Source: an uncultured Aliarcobacter sp.
GTDB taxonomy: Bacteria; Campylobacterota; Campylobacteria; Campylobacterales; Arcobacteraceae
Direction: 5' to 3'
DNA: 64,000 nt
Assembly: GCA_963677435.1 (NCBI GenBank)
Contig: OY781945.1
Location: forward strand, 3,008,001 to 3,072,000
Positions 51,121-61,339 of the stretch are shown here, piece after piece. A program made the translations under genes and the position numbers. Positions within the stretch are counted from its first letter, which is position 1; the number at the start of each line of letters is the position of its first letter. The notes below the pieces were generated by a model. It saw only the letters and a program-made list of their open reading frames with translations, searched no databases and had not been told where the DNA came from.

Positions 51121-51471
51121 TCACTTCAAAACATTCACAACAACAGCAATTACTAAACCTGAATCGTGAGTTATTGATAAATGAGACTTTTTTATACCAA
51201 AAGCTTTTCTTACTTTCTTTCTATATTTTAATAATGGAGCTCCAAGCTCACTTTTTGATATTTTAATATCATGAAAACCACAAGATGCACCAATCCCAGT
51301 ACCAAGAGCTTTTGAAGCTGCTTCCTTTGCTGCCCAAAATCCAGCGGCAGTTTCAGGCTTTTTCACAAGTTCTATTTCTTTTGGATTTAAAAACTTTTCA
51401 TAAGCCTTTATTCCAAACTTTTCATACATTCTTTTTATTCTATCAATTGATGTTATATCTATGCCTATCAT
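51121..51471 (-). CDS. acpS: Holo-ACP synthase
   Basis: IGIDI, AGFWAAKEAASKALGTG and LSITHD motifs. Confidence 0.95.
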   Translation of the reverse strand: MIGIDITSIDRIKRMYEKFGIKAYEKFLNPKEIELVKKPETAAGFWAAKEAASKALGTGIGASCGFHDIKISKSELGAPLLKYRKKVRKAFGIKKSHLSITHDSGLVIAVVVNVLK

Positions 51472-51499
51472 TTAAACCTATCTTTTGTATAATCCCTAC

Positions 51500-52459
51500 A
51501 TGAAATTATTTATTAAAAAAGTATTATATCTTATCATCATGTTATTTATAATTAGCCTTATATCTTTTATCGCGATAAATGCTGCTCCAAACTCTTTTTT
51601 TGCAAGTGGAGAATTAAATCCAAATATTACACCTGAATCAATCGAGCAATTAAAAGCAATTTATGGTTTAGATAGACCTTTGTATGTGCAGTTTTTTTCA
51701 TGGATAAGTGCAATAATTCATCTTGATTTTGGAATTTCTTTTGCAAGTGGCGAAATGGTAAAAGATGAAATATTAAGTAGAATTCCAATCACTCTTACAA
51801 TCAATATTATTTCAATGTTTTTAATATTCATCATTTCTCTTTATTTTGGAATAAAATCAGCTTTAAATAAAAACTCATTATTTGATAAATTTACAGGGCA
51901 ATTATCACTTCTAAGTTTTGCAATGCCTTCATTTTATTTGGCACTTTTATTGGTTTTAGTATTTGCTATTAATTTTGAGATTTTACCAATTGCTGGACTT
52001 CATAGCGTTTCTAATGATGGAAGTTTTTCTTACTATTTAGATTATGCTTGGCACTTAGTTTTACCAATATTTATTATGGTTTTTGGTGGAATTGGAAGTT
52101 TGATTTTATATATTAGATCTTTAACTATTGAGATTTTGAAATCTGATTACATCTTTTTTGCAAAGGCTAGAGGTTTAAGCCAAAAACAGATTTTAAGATA
52201 TTATATTTTGCCAAATTTATATCCACCAGTTATTACACTTCTTGGTCTTTCACTTCCTGGAATTATTGGTGGTTCAGTAATTCTTGAAACAATTTTTTCA
52301 ATAGATGGAATGGGATTATTGTTTTATCAAAGTGCTTTATCACATGATTATCCTGTAATTATGGGGATTTTAATAATTGGTGCCTTTTTGACACTAATTG
52401 GTAATATGATTGCAGATTTAGTTTTACTAAAACTAAATCCAAACTACGATGAAAAATAG
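51500..52459 (+). CDS. Peptide/nickel ABC transporter permease (DppB/OppB type)
   Basis: YGLDRPL, DFGISF, AKARGL, GSVILETIF and DYPVIMG motifs; start ATG 51500. Confidence 0.9.
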   Translation: MKLFIKKVLYLIIMLFIISLISFIAINAAPNSFFASGELNPNITPESIEQLKAIYGLDRPLYVQFFSWISAIIHLDFGISFASGEMVKDEILSRIPITLTINIISMFLIFIISLYFGIKSALNKNSLFDKFTGQLSLLSFAMPSFYLALLLVLVFAINFEILPIAGLHSVSNDGSFSYYLDYAWHLVLPIFIMVFGGIGSLILYIRSLTIEILKSDYIFFAKARGLSQKQILRYYILPNLYPPVITLLGLSLPGIIGGSVILETIFSIDGMGLLFYQSALSHDYPVIMGILIIGAFLTLIGNMIADLVLLKLNPNYDEK

Positions 52460-52486
52460 ATTAGATAATTTTAACAAGGAAAAGAA

Positions 52487-53305
52487 TTGCAAGTTTTAAA
52501 AACAATTGAAGAGTTACAAGAAGTTAGAAAAAATATTTCTGGAACTGTTGGATTTGTTCCAACAATGGGTGCTTTACATAATGGTCACATTTCACTTATC
52601 AAACAAGCAAGAAATGAAAATGATATTGTTATTGTTTCAATATTTGTAAACCCAACTCAATTTTTACCAGGTGAGGATTTAGATGCATATCCAAGAAAGG
52701 ATGAAGCAGATAAAAAAATCTGTCAAATGTGTAAAGTTGATTATGTTTTTATGCCTGAAATTTCAACTATGTATACAAAAGAAGAAGTCTTAATAAAAGC
52801 CCCAAATAAAGGCTATGTTTTAGAGGGAAAAACAAGACCTGGTCATTTTGATGGAGTTTTACAAGTAGTTTTAAAACTATTTAATTTAACTCAACCAACA
52901 AATGCCTATTTTGGTAAAAAAGACGCTCAACAATTAACTCTAATTATGCAAATGGTAAAAAATCTATTTATCCCTATAAATATTATTCCTTGTGAAATAA
53001 TAAGAGAAGATGATGGCTTAGCTTTAAGTTCAAGAAATATCTATTTAGATGCAACACAGAGAAAAGATGCTTTACTTATTTCAAAATCTTTATATATGGC
53101 TGGTTCACTTATTTCAAAAGGTGAAAGAAATGTGCAAGCTGTAAAAAATAAAATTTATGAAATCATGCAAACTTTAGATGTTGAATATGTGGCTATTGTT
53201 GATAGAGAATTTAATGAATTAGAAAATATTGAACCTAAAAATACAATTATTCTTGTAGTTGCTAGATTTGGTAATACTAGATTACTTGATAATATTTGGC
53301 TTTAA
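52487..53305 (+). CDS. panC: Pantoate-beta-alanine ligase
   Basis: [36 protein letters not shown] and RLLDN motifs. Confidence 0.97.
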   Translation: MQVLKTIEELQEVRKNISGTVGFVPTMGALHNGHISLIKQARNENDIVIVSIFVNPTQFLPGEDLDAYPRKDEADKKICQMCKVDYVFMPEISTMYTKEEVLIKAPNKGYVLEGKTRPGHFDGVLQVVLKLFNLTQPTNAYFGKKDAQQLTLIMQMVKNLFIPINIIPCEIIREDDGLALSSRNIYLDATQRKDALLISKSLYMAGSLISKGERNVQAVKNKIYEIMQTLDVEYVAIVDREFNELENIEPKNTIILVVARFGNTRLLDNIWL

Positions 53306-53369
53306 CATTTTGTTTTAAAAAGAGTTTATGATAAAATTGCAAAAAAATTAAGATAAAAAGAATAAATAT

Positions 53370-54710
53370 ATGAAATTTTCAGTAAAAAATCCTAAAAAAA
53401 CTCTACATTTAGTAAGCCTTGGCTGTACTAAAAATCTTGTAGATTCAGAGATTATGTTAGGTAAATTAAAAGATTATACAATTACAAATGATGCAGCAAA
53501 TGCCGATGTAATTATTGTAAATACATGTGGATTTATAGATAGTGCAAAAGAAGAGAGTTTAAATACAATTTTAAATCTCCATGATGAAAGAAAAAAAGAG
53601 TCAGTTTTAGTAATGGCTGGATGTTTAAGTGAAAGATACCAAGGTGAACTTCAAAAAGAGTTACCAGAAATTGACGTTTTCACAGGTGTTGGAGATTATG
53701 ACAAAATAGATTTACTTGTACATGAAAAAAGAAGTGCATTTTCAAATGAAGTATTTTTAGCAAGTGATGAAAATGAAAGGGTAATTACAGGTTCTTCATA
53801 TCATGCTTATGTAAAACTAAGCGAAGGATGCAATCAAACTTGCTCATTCTGTGCAATTCCTTCATTTAAAGGAAAGCTTCACTCTAGAACTCTAGAATCA
53901 CTTGTTAAAGAAGTAAAATCATTAGTTTCAAAAGGATATATTGATTTCTCTTTTGTATCTCAAGATTCTTCTTCATTTTTAAGAGATTTAGGTCATAAAG
54001 ATGGATTGGAACAATTAATTAGTGAAGTAGAAAAAATTGAGGGTATTAAAACAGCTAGAATTTTGTACCTTTACCCATCTACTACAACTTTAAGTCTAAT
54101 TGACAAAATTGCAGATTCAAAAGTTTTTGTAAACTATTTTGATATGCCATTGCAACACATAACACCTTCAATGCTTAAAATTATGAAAAGAGGAAAAGGT
54201 GTTGAGAAACTAAATGAACTTATGAATCATATGAGAAGTAAACCAAACTCATTTGTAAGAACTACATTTATTGCTGGACATCCAGGGGAAACGCAAGAAG
54301 ATCATGAAGCACTTTGTAAATATATTGAAGAGTTTAAATTTGACAGAGCAAATGTTTTTTCTTATTCAACAGAAGAAGGAACAGCAGCAGCACTTTCAAA
54401 AGATTTAATAGAGCAAAAGATTATTGATGAAAGAGCTGAAGTTATTGGTGAAATAATTGCTTTGACTACTCAAGAATCACTTGAATCTGAAATTGGAAAA
54501 ACTTTTGAAGTTTATGTTGATGGAGAAAGTGAAGAGCATGAGTATTTATTAAGTGCTAGAAAAACACTTTGGGCTCCTGATATTGATGGCGAAATTTATA
54601 TCAATGATAATGAACTCTCTGAGGGTGAACAAATTAAATTTGGACAAATTTATACTGTAAAAATCACAGAACTTGCAGGAGATAAATTACTAGCAACTGT
54701 AATTAAATAG
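53370..54710 (+). CDS. rimO: Ribosomal protein S12 methylthiotransferase RimO
   Basis: SLGCTKNLVDSE, NTCGFI, EGCNQTCSFCAIP and APDIDG motifs. Confidence 0.95.
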   Translation: MKFSVKNPKKTLHLVSLGCTKNLVDSEIMLGKLKDYTITNDAANADVIIVNTCGFIDSAKEESLNTILNLHDERKKESVLVMAGCLSERYQGELQKELPEIDVFTGVGDYDKIDLLVHEKRSAFSNEVFLASDENERVITGSSYHAYVKLSEGCNQTCSFCAIPSFKGKLHSRTLESLVKEVKSLVSKGYIDFSFVSQDSSSFLRDLGHKDGLEQLISEVEKIEGIKTARILYLYPSTTTLSLIDKIADSKVFVNYFDMPLQHITPSMLKIMKRGKGVEKLNELMNHMRSKPNSFVRTTFIAGHPGETQEDHEALCKYIEEFKFDRANVFSYSTEEGTAAALSKDLIEQKIIDERAEVIGEIIALTTQESLESEIGKTFEVYVDGESEEHEYLLSARKTLWAPDIDGEIYINDNELSEGEQIKFGQIYTVKITELAGDKLLATVIK

Positions 54711-54712
54711 AT

Positions 54713-55693
54713 ATGAACTTAGATTTTAGTGTAGTAAAAAATCAAAAAAACCTGCTTGCATTTTCAGCAGGTGTTGATTCAACTGCACTATTTTTTTTAC
54801 TACTTGAACAAAATATTCCTTTTGACATGGCTATTGTAAATTATAATTTAAGAGAGCAAAGTAAAGATGAAATTTCTTATGCAAAAGAACTGGCAAAGCA
54901 GTATAAAAAAGAAATATTTATTCAGGAAATCAATCTTACTGATACTTCAAATTTTGAAAAAAAAGCAAGAGATATAAGATACGCTTTTTTTAAAACAATT
55001 ATTGATAAACACTCTTATGCTAACTTAATCACAGCTCATCAGTTAAACGATAAATTAGAATGGTTTATGATGCAATTATCAAAAGGTGCAGGATTAGTTG
55101 AACTTATTGGATTTAATGAATTTGAACAGAAAAACAATTATCAGATTTATAAACCACTTTTAAATATCACAAAAGATGAACTTGAAACCTATCTAAAGAA
55201 CAATAATCATAAATATTTTATTGACCAATCAAATTTTGATGAAAAATATAAAAGAAACTATTTTAGACATAATTTTTCAAATAAGTTTTTAGAAAAGTTT
55301 AGTTCAGGAGTTAAAAAATCTTTTGAATATTTGCAAAATGATTTAAATTCTTTAAATATTCAAAATAGTCCAATCAAAAAAATAAAAGAATTAGAGATAT
55401 TTCTAAATCAAAAAGATGATAATTTGAATATTAGAACTATTGATTTATCAATTAAAAAAAGAGGTATTCTTTTAAGTTCTGCTCAAAGAGATGAAGTTTT
55501 AAGACAAAAAGAGATTACAATTTCACATAAAATAAATATATCTATTCAAGAAAACTATATTTGGATTGCGCCAAGTAGTGATGAATTTATAGATAAAAAA
55601 TATAAAGAAATTTATAGAATAAATGATATCCCTAAAAATATGAGAGCTTATATTTTTAGAGAAAAAATAGAGTTGGAAGAGTTAATGTTTTAA
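54713..55693 (+). CDS. tilS: tRNA(Ile)-lysidine synthetase
   Basis: AFSAGVDS PP-loop; EKKARDIRY, TAHQLND and DQSN...YKRN motifs. Confidence 0.92.
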   Translation: MNLDFSVVKNQKNLLAFSAGVDSTALFFLLLEQNIPFDMAIVNYNLREQSKDEISYAKELAKQYKKEIFIQEINLTDTSNFEKKARDIRYAFFKTIIDKHSYANLITAHQLNDKLEWFMMQLSKGAGLVELIGFNEFEQKNNYQIYKPLLNITKDELETYLKNNNHKYFIDQSNFDEKYKRNYFRHNFSNKFLEKFSSGVKKSFEYLQNDLNSLNIQNSPIKKIKELEIFLNQKDDNLNIRTIDLSIKKRGILLSSAQRDEVLRQKEITISHKINISIQENYIWIAPSSDEFIDKKYKEIYRINDIPKNMRAYIFREKIELEELMF

Positions 55694-55951
55694 AAACCTC
55701 TTCATTTTTTGCATTTTTATAAGTTCTTGTCTTGTCTCTTCTCTATAAACTTTTAAAAAATTAATATTCTTAAAAAAGAGTTCTTCAAGTCTCTTTAAAT
55801 CTTTTAATTCTAAATCAAAATCTTCAATTTTCTCATTTGTTAAATAATTTTCATGCCATCTAACTAAAGCATCTGCTTTTTCAGATGAATCTAATGAATC
55901 AATATAAATTAATTCATTAAGTGCGCTTAAAGACCTGTTTCTTCTTTCCAT
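55682..55951 (-). CDS. Small helical protein after fliS (FliT-like by position)
   Basis: 89 aa, helical and charged; overlaps the fliS 3' end. Confidence 0.55.
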   Translation of the reverse strand: MERRNRSLSALNELIYIDSLDSSEKADALVRWHENYLTNEKIEDFDLELKDLKRLEELFFKNINFLKVYREETRQELIKMQKMKRFLKH

Positions 55952-56283
55952 GCGTCGATTAATCCTTGAGTAACTTTCATAACTTGGTTAACCGCATTGA
56001 TATTGTCATCAATTCCAGCACTAAATAGAGTTTCAATCTGATATAAATATAAACCATCTAAGTAATAAGCAACTTCTCCACCATCAAAATCCAATACATT
56101 CCTTAATTCATCAAATATTGCTATTGACTTATTTATGTATGTAAACTTAAGTTCAACATTTTTTTCTTCCATCGCATTTTTTACAAATGACAAATACTTT
56201 ATAACACCCTCATAAAGTTTTAATACTAATACATACGGATCATCCGAAATCGCATTTTGTTGATTATATACTTCTATTCCCAT
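55927..56283 (-). CDS. fliS: Flagellin export chaperone FliS
   Basis: P.xLVLKLYEG, ELRNVLDFDGGEVAYYLDGLY and LIDAW motifs; follows fliD. Confidence 0.92.
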   Translation of the reverse strand: MGIEVYNQQNAISDDPYVLVLKLYEGVIKYLSFVKNAMEEKNVELKFTYINKSIAIFDELRNVLDFDGGEVAYYLDGLYLYQIETLFSAGIDDNINAVNQVMKVTQGLIDAWKEETGL

Positions 56284-56318
56284 ATTTTACATTCCTACTA
56301 GAATCATTTTGAAATATC

Positions 56319-56340
56319 AGTATAGTACATATTAGCTTAA
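56319..56340 (-). promoter_or_regulatory. Probable sigma70-type promoter of fliS
   Basis: TATACT at 56324-56319 with an upstream TTAAG element. Confidence 0.45.
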
Positions 56341-56383
56341 AAATTAAAAGAAAAAGAAAAAATGACTTTTTCCATTTTAAAAA

Positions 56384-57730
56384 TTAATTACCAGAATTTG
56401 ATTGATCAATTAACATTTTTAATCCAGAGAATGACGATTCCATTTGCGTAATAATAGTTCCATATGAACTAAATTGGAGTGCAAGTTGCTCATACTTTTT
56501 ATCTAAAGCCTCTTGCGCTTTAGTTTTTTCAGCTGTTAAATCTGTTTCTCTTTTTTTCATTGACGAATCATAAATATTTAAAATTCCATCTGAATAACTC
56601 ATATTATCTAATGTTTCTTTTAGTGTTGTTCCTAGACCTTTATTTTCTGCTGTTCCAATAAATAAATCCTTTAATCCTGATAAATCATTTTGAACAGCAT
56701 CACTAAACTTTGTCGTATTTAATGACAATAAACCAGATTTATCTAATTCTAATCCATAATTAAATACTGATTTATCATTTGATGTTCCATATGAACCAAA
56801 TAACTTTTCTTTAATTTGACTAACAATATTTCTTATTGAAGATTTATCTTGTATTGCAGAATCTGCATTATATGATTCTGTATCTATCATTGAAACTAAA
56901 TCATTATATTTTGTGACAAAATTTTGCATTTGAGTTTGAATTTGAGTATTATCTTCAACAATAGTTATACTTGATGCCCCAGTTTTATTAGCTGTCATTT
57001 TAAGTCCATCAACAGTAATACTATTTGTTGCAACATTATATTCTACACCATCAACTTTTGCAATCATATTTTTTGCTTCTAATATATGATTAGTTGAATT
57101 TATAGTAGAGCCATCTGTAGTAAATCCTAATGCTTGACTTGCAGCACCACTAATATTTAATTTATTATCAATACCTGAATCTTCACTTTTTATAACTAAT
57201 CGATAAGCATCTGTCCCAACTTGTTCAATTGTTGCATTCATTCCTGATTTTGCAGTAATTTCTGTTGCTAGCTGTTTATATGTCTTATTTGTTGTATCAA
57301 ATGTTTGTCCATTAATAACTAATTCACCTTGATTAATTACACTTTCTTTTGTTGAATTATCTACACTATTTGATTGAAATACGTCTTTTTGTGCTAATTG
57401 AGTTACATCAATACTTGTTGTACCTTTACTCAATGCTTTAATATCTGCTGCATCAAAAGAAACAGAATCTCCTGAAGTAGTTGCTGTTTTTTGCTCAAGA
57501 GCTGTAACGCCACCCGATACGAATAAATCAAAAGGTTTAATTGCTTCTAAAAGTTCTTTAACTTTTGCTTCAATATTTGCAAAAGTTTCTTTCTCAGTTG
57601 AAAGACTTGTTATTCTTGTTTCTATTGGCTCAACTGTTGATTTTCTTTCCGCAGATTTTAATTTATCAATTAAATCACTATTTAATGCTGATGCTTGCCC
57701 CGAACCTAATCCTAAAACACCATTTGCCAT
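56384..57730 (-). CDS. fliD: Flagellar filament cap protein FliD
   Basis: LGLGSG N-terminus; VTQLAQKD, FVTKYNDL and GLELDKSGLL motifs; C-terminal coiled coil. Confidence 0.93.
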   Translation of the reverse strand: MANGVLGLGSGQASALNSDLIDKLKSAERKSTVEPIETRITSLSTEKETFANIEAKVKELLEAIKPFDLFVSGGVTALEQKTATTSGDSVSFDAADIKALSKGTTSIDVTQLAQKDVFQSNSVDNSTKESVINQGELVINGQTFDTTNKTYKQLATEITAKSGMNATIEQVGTDAYRLVIKSEDSGIDNKLNISGAASQALGFTTDGSTINSTNHILEAKNMIAKVDGVEYNVATNSITVDGLKMTANKTGASSITIVEDNTQIQTQMQNFVTKYNDLVSMIDTESYNADSAIQDKSSIRNIVSQIKEKLFGSYGTSNDKSVFNYGLELDKSGLLSLNTTKFSDAVQNDLSGLKDLFIGTAENKGLGTTLKETLDNMSYSDGILNIYDSSMKKRETDLTAEKTKAQEALDKKYEQLALQFSSYGTIITQMESSFSGLKMLIDQSNSGN

Positions 57731-57740
57731 AATTTATCCT

Positions 57741-59621
57741 TTATCTTTTTAAGCCAAGTAGAGTTTGCAACATTTCATCTATCGTTGTTATCATCTTAGC
57801 ATTTGCAGTATACGCTGCTTGGAATTTAATTAAATTTAACATTTCTTCATCTTTATCAACTTTTGTTAATTGATCATATGAAGACTTAATTGAATTACTA
57901 ATACCTGATTGTGTAGTTTTTGAGAAATCGATATTTTCTTTATCTGCTGATACACTAACTCTTAAATCTCTGAAAAATTCACTTAAAGATGCTTTACTTG
58001 TTGAGTTTGAATCTTGTGCTTTTCCATCAAAAGAGATATTTTGTTTCCATTGAATACTTGCTAAATAATCTAGTTTTGTTTGATCTAAATCATTAACCAT
58101 ATTATCATTAAATTTTAATGTTTTAACACTTGAACCACTGAATAATTTCATTGAATTTATAGTACCTAGTGATTCATCAGTTGCAGCTTCACCATAAATA
58201 TAGTCACCTGAACTTGTTTTTATAAACTTATCAGAAATATCAGACAATGTTTGAGCAAAAGTATCCAATTTATTTAAATAAGTTTGATATTTATTATTAA
58301 GTGAATCTGAAGAAAGATTTTCTACTTGTGCTTTTAAAATTCCACCTTTTATTGGAATTTCTCTATCATTAATGGTAATAAATACTTTTGATTCTGGATT
58401 TGTACTTTCTAAATTATTTTTATATATTGATTCTCTTTTATCTACAATTGTTGAATCTGTATTATTTATATTTTCAATGCTAATTCTTCCATCAAATTGT
58501 TTTTGACTTCCTCCAAAATTTGACTCAATTCTCAAATAGTTATCTTGTGTATTTATAGTAACTTTATTTCCATTAGCATCTACACTATAATCTCCATTAT
58601 ATGCTGTTATTGAATCTTTCATATTGGCATCAGAATTTATTTTATGTACTAATGCTCTTGTTAAATTTGAGCTATCTACAGTTTCTGTAGTTTCCGTACC
58701 ATCGCCATTCCAATCCATAGTTATTGATTCACCCATTGCCACAGATACAAAAAATTGATTATTTAATTTATAAGTGACTACATCATTTGCATCAAATGTT
58801 TTTGCACTAAAATCACTATTATATTTCAGTGAATCATATACTGTAGGAGGGTAAACACTGCTATCAACTAATGTAAATTTATCTTTCTGTAATGTTTCTT
58901 CTTCGTTAACATTTAAAGTTCGTACATTTGTATTTGAAACAACTGATTCACCACCAATTTTTAACTCATAATTATCATCTGTTCTTTCAACATCTATATC
59001 AACATAATTTGATAATTCTAATTCAAGTTGATCTCTCTTATCAAGCATATCATTAGAAACACCATCAAATTTCTGCATTTTTTCATTTAAAAGGCCTATT
59101 TGTTTTAAAATACTATTTACATCATTTACATTACTATAAAGCTCTGTTTTTTCAGTTTTTTGTTGTTGTTCTACACTTTTATATAGATTTTGTAACGATT
59201 CAACTAAAATATTACCTTGAGTTTGCAATGTTGTTTTATAAACTTGAGAATTTGGATCTGTTCTTAGATTTTCAATAGATTGATAATATCGATTTAAATC
59301 TGCAGAGAAACCACTATCTGTAGTTTCTTTAAAAACAGATTCAATGTTTCCTGTCATATTAGATAATTTATCGTAATAACTTAATTTAGTATTTTCTGAA
59401 ATCAACTTATCATACATATATTGTGATGTAATTCTATAATTATCTGTTGCATTTACACCACGGCCTGTAAATTGACTATCCATTTGTGATATTTCTTCAA
59501 GTTGTACAACTCTTTTTTTATACCCAGGAGTATTTTCATTAGCTATATTATTTGATACATTTTCAACTGCAATTTTTGCTGCGTTCAATCCACTTTGTGC
59601 TACACTCAATGTACCTAGCAT
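57741..59621 (-). CDS. flgK: Flagellar hook-associated protein FlgK
   Basis: SGL...NNIANENTPGYKK, MLDKRDQL and VDKDEEMLNLIKFQAAYTANAKMI motifs. Confidence 0.95.
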   Translation of the reverse strand: MLGTLSVAQSGLNAAKIAVENVSNNIANENTPGYKKRVVQLEEISQMDSQFTGRGVNATDNYRITSQYMYDKLISENTKLSYYDKLSNMTGNIESVFKETTDSGFSADLNRYYQSIENLRTDPNSQVYKTTLQTQGNILVESLQNLYKSVEQQQKTEKTELYSNVNDVNSILKQIGLLNEKMQKFDGVSNDMLDKRDQLELELSNYVDIDVERTDDNYELKIGGESVVSNTNVRTLNVNEEETLQKDKFTLVDSSVYPPTVYDSLKYNSDFSAKTFDANDVVTYKLNNQFFVSVAMGESITMDWNGDGTETTETVDSSNLTRALVHKINSDANMKDSITAYNGDYSVDANGNKVTINTQDNYLRIESNFGGSQKQFDGRISIENINNTDSTIVDKRESIYKNNLESTNPESKVFITINDREIPIKGGILKAQVENLSSDSLNNKYQTYLNKLDTFAQTLSDISDKFIKTSSGDYIYGEAATDESLGTINSMKLFSGSSVKTLKFNDNMVNDLDQTKLDYLASIQWKQNISFDGKAQDSNSTSKASLSEFFRDLRVSVSADKENIDFSKTTQSGISNSIKSSYDQLTKVDKDEEMLNLIKFQAAYTANAKMITTIDEMLQTLLGLKR

Positions 59622-59678
59622 ATTAACTCCTTTTGGTATAATTTTTCAAATTATTACATTACATTTCTTAAAATTAGA

Positions 59679-60386
59679 TTAAAATGGCCATATCGCTCTC
59701 ATGAATTTTAATCCCCATGGCGTTTCTAAAATTTCTGACTCAGTACCATCTTTATTATATAAAAGTTTTAAGTCTGCTATTTGTGCAGAATTAATTGAAT
59801 TATCTGAGCTTATATCATAAGGTCTAATTACACCACTTACAATTATTTCTTGCCGTTGACCTTCAATTAGCATCTCTTTTTTCCCTTTTATATAATAGTT
59901 ACCATTCTGGTAAGTTTCCTCTATTATAGCAGAGATTGTCGTAGCAAAAGTTTCATCTAATTGTGTATTAACTTTTCCTTTATCGGAAGTTGAACTATTA
60001 GTTCCAAAATTTACACCAAGATTTGCATTTAATTTATTTGTTACATTTGATGTTATGCCACTTAATCCATTTGTACCTGTAGCAGCCATTACTCCACCAC
60101 CTAAATTATTATCTCTAGTACTTGTTAATTCTCTTTTATTGTTACTTTTAGATGTTAAGTCTTCACTAATTATAATTTGAATAATATCACCAACTTGTAA
60201 ATCTTTTTTATCTGCAAATAAAGAAGTACCTTGCATAGAGTATAAAGAACCTTTATTTTTTCTAGGTTCTGGATTCTTTTTAGGTATTTGAATTTCAGGT
60301 TTTTCAAAAGCTAATTCTGGTTCTGATACTGCACTGCATGCACTAAAAATAAATACAATAAAAATTAATATAAGACTATTTTGCAT
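59679..60386 (-). CDS. flgH: Flagellar L-ring protein FlgH
   Basis: Lipobox FSAC; LFADKK...VGDII, GVIRPYDI...NSINSAQIAD; C-terminal WPF. Confidence 0.94.
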   Translation of the reverse strand: MQNSLILIFIVFIFSACSAVSEPELAFEKPEIQIPKKNPEPRKNKGSLYSMQGTSLFADKKDLQVGDIIQIIISEDLTSKSNNKRELTSTRDNNLGGGVMAATGTNGLSGITSNVTNKLNANLGVNFGTNSSTSDKGKVNTQLDETFATTISAIIEETYQNGNYYIKGKKEMLIEGQRQEIIVSGVIRPYDISSDNSINSAQIADLKLLYNKDGTESEILETPWGLKFMRAIWPF

Positions 60387-60804
60387 TTAACCTACTTTTT
60401 AATATAAAATTAACATCAATAGCAATTATAATTTCATTCAAAGTTCTTTTAATAAGTGCCATTGCACCATATCTTACCATTAAAGCATCCAAATTTGTTG
60501 CAGGTTCACAAATAATTATAACTTTGTCTTCAATTATTTTAACATGTCTTATATGTTCTTGGCCAACTAAATCAATTGCTTTTTCTATTTCTGTTAAAAT
60601 TGCTTTTTCTACTGCTTTTTTTTCTTTATCTTTTTTTTCTTCTTCAAGTTTTAATGCTTGTTTTGATTCTATATCTTTTTTTAATTGCTCAGTATAGGTT
60701 ATATTCATATAAAAATAATAACCTCCAAACATAAGAACAAGTGCTAATAGAGATAATATCTTTATTAGTTTTTTACCTTTGTTTCTTTTTACTGCAACTA
60801 TCAT
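60376..60804 (-). CDS. Hypothetical bitopic membrane protein in the flagellar operon
   Basis: Basic N-terminus, TM helix, coiled coil and small C-terminal domain; closely packed between fliL and flgH. Confidence 0.7.
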   Translation of the reverse strand: MIVAVKRNKGKKLIKILSLLALVLMFGGYYFYMNITYTEQLKKDIESKQALKLEEEKKDKEKKAVEKAILTEIEKAIDLVGQEHIRHVKIIEDKVIIICEPATNLDALMVRYGAMALIKRTLNEIIIAIDVNFILKSRLNAK

Positions 60805-60806
60805 TT

Positions 60807-61337
60807 TTATTTAATTACAAAAGTTGTAAATAATATTTGTTTAATGCTATCTTTTGCTATATCAGAATTTGATTTAGTAGCTTCATTAATAACATTATTA
60901 AGATCTTGTAATAATTCATCTTTTAATAAATTTTTACCACCAACTGTTAAAAGTTCTTCTGAACTTCTTGAACTTACTTGAGAGATAACAACATCGATTA
61001 TTTCTGCTTTATATTGTTCTGCAATAGCAGCAATTGTTGGTTCAGTACTTTTAACTGAAAAAGATAATTTCATTAATTTTTCTTTTCCTCTTGAGTCTGT
61101 TAAATTTAATACTAAATCATTAATATCTGCTTTATATGAATCTGCTTTTTCAGAAGATTCAGCTTTTTTAACCTCTTCTTGACCTGCAGGATTATTATTA
61201 CCTAATGCACCTTGAGAATAAAGGAAATAACCACCACCAATAACAGCAACAATTAGAACTACAACTAAAGCTATCAAAATTATCATTAAGCCTTTTCCAC
61301 CACCTGAACTTTTTGATTCTTGATTTTCTTCTGCCAT
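60807..61337 (-). CDS. fliL: Flagellar basal-body protein FliL
   Basis: TM helix; VLNL, ELLTVGGKNLLKDEL and ILFTTFVI motifs. Confidence 0.92.
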   Translation of the reverse strand: MAEENQESKSSGGGKGLMIILIALVVVLIVAVIGGGYFLYSQGALGNNNPAGQEEVKKAESSEKADSYKADINDLVLNLTDSRGKEKLMKLSFSVKSTEPTIAAIAEQYKAEIIDVVISQVSSRSSEELLTVGGKNLLKDELLQDLNNVINEATKSNSDIAKDSIKQILFTTFVIK

Positions 61338-61339
61338 TA

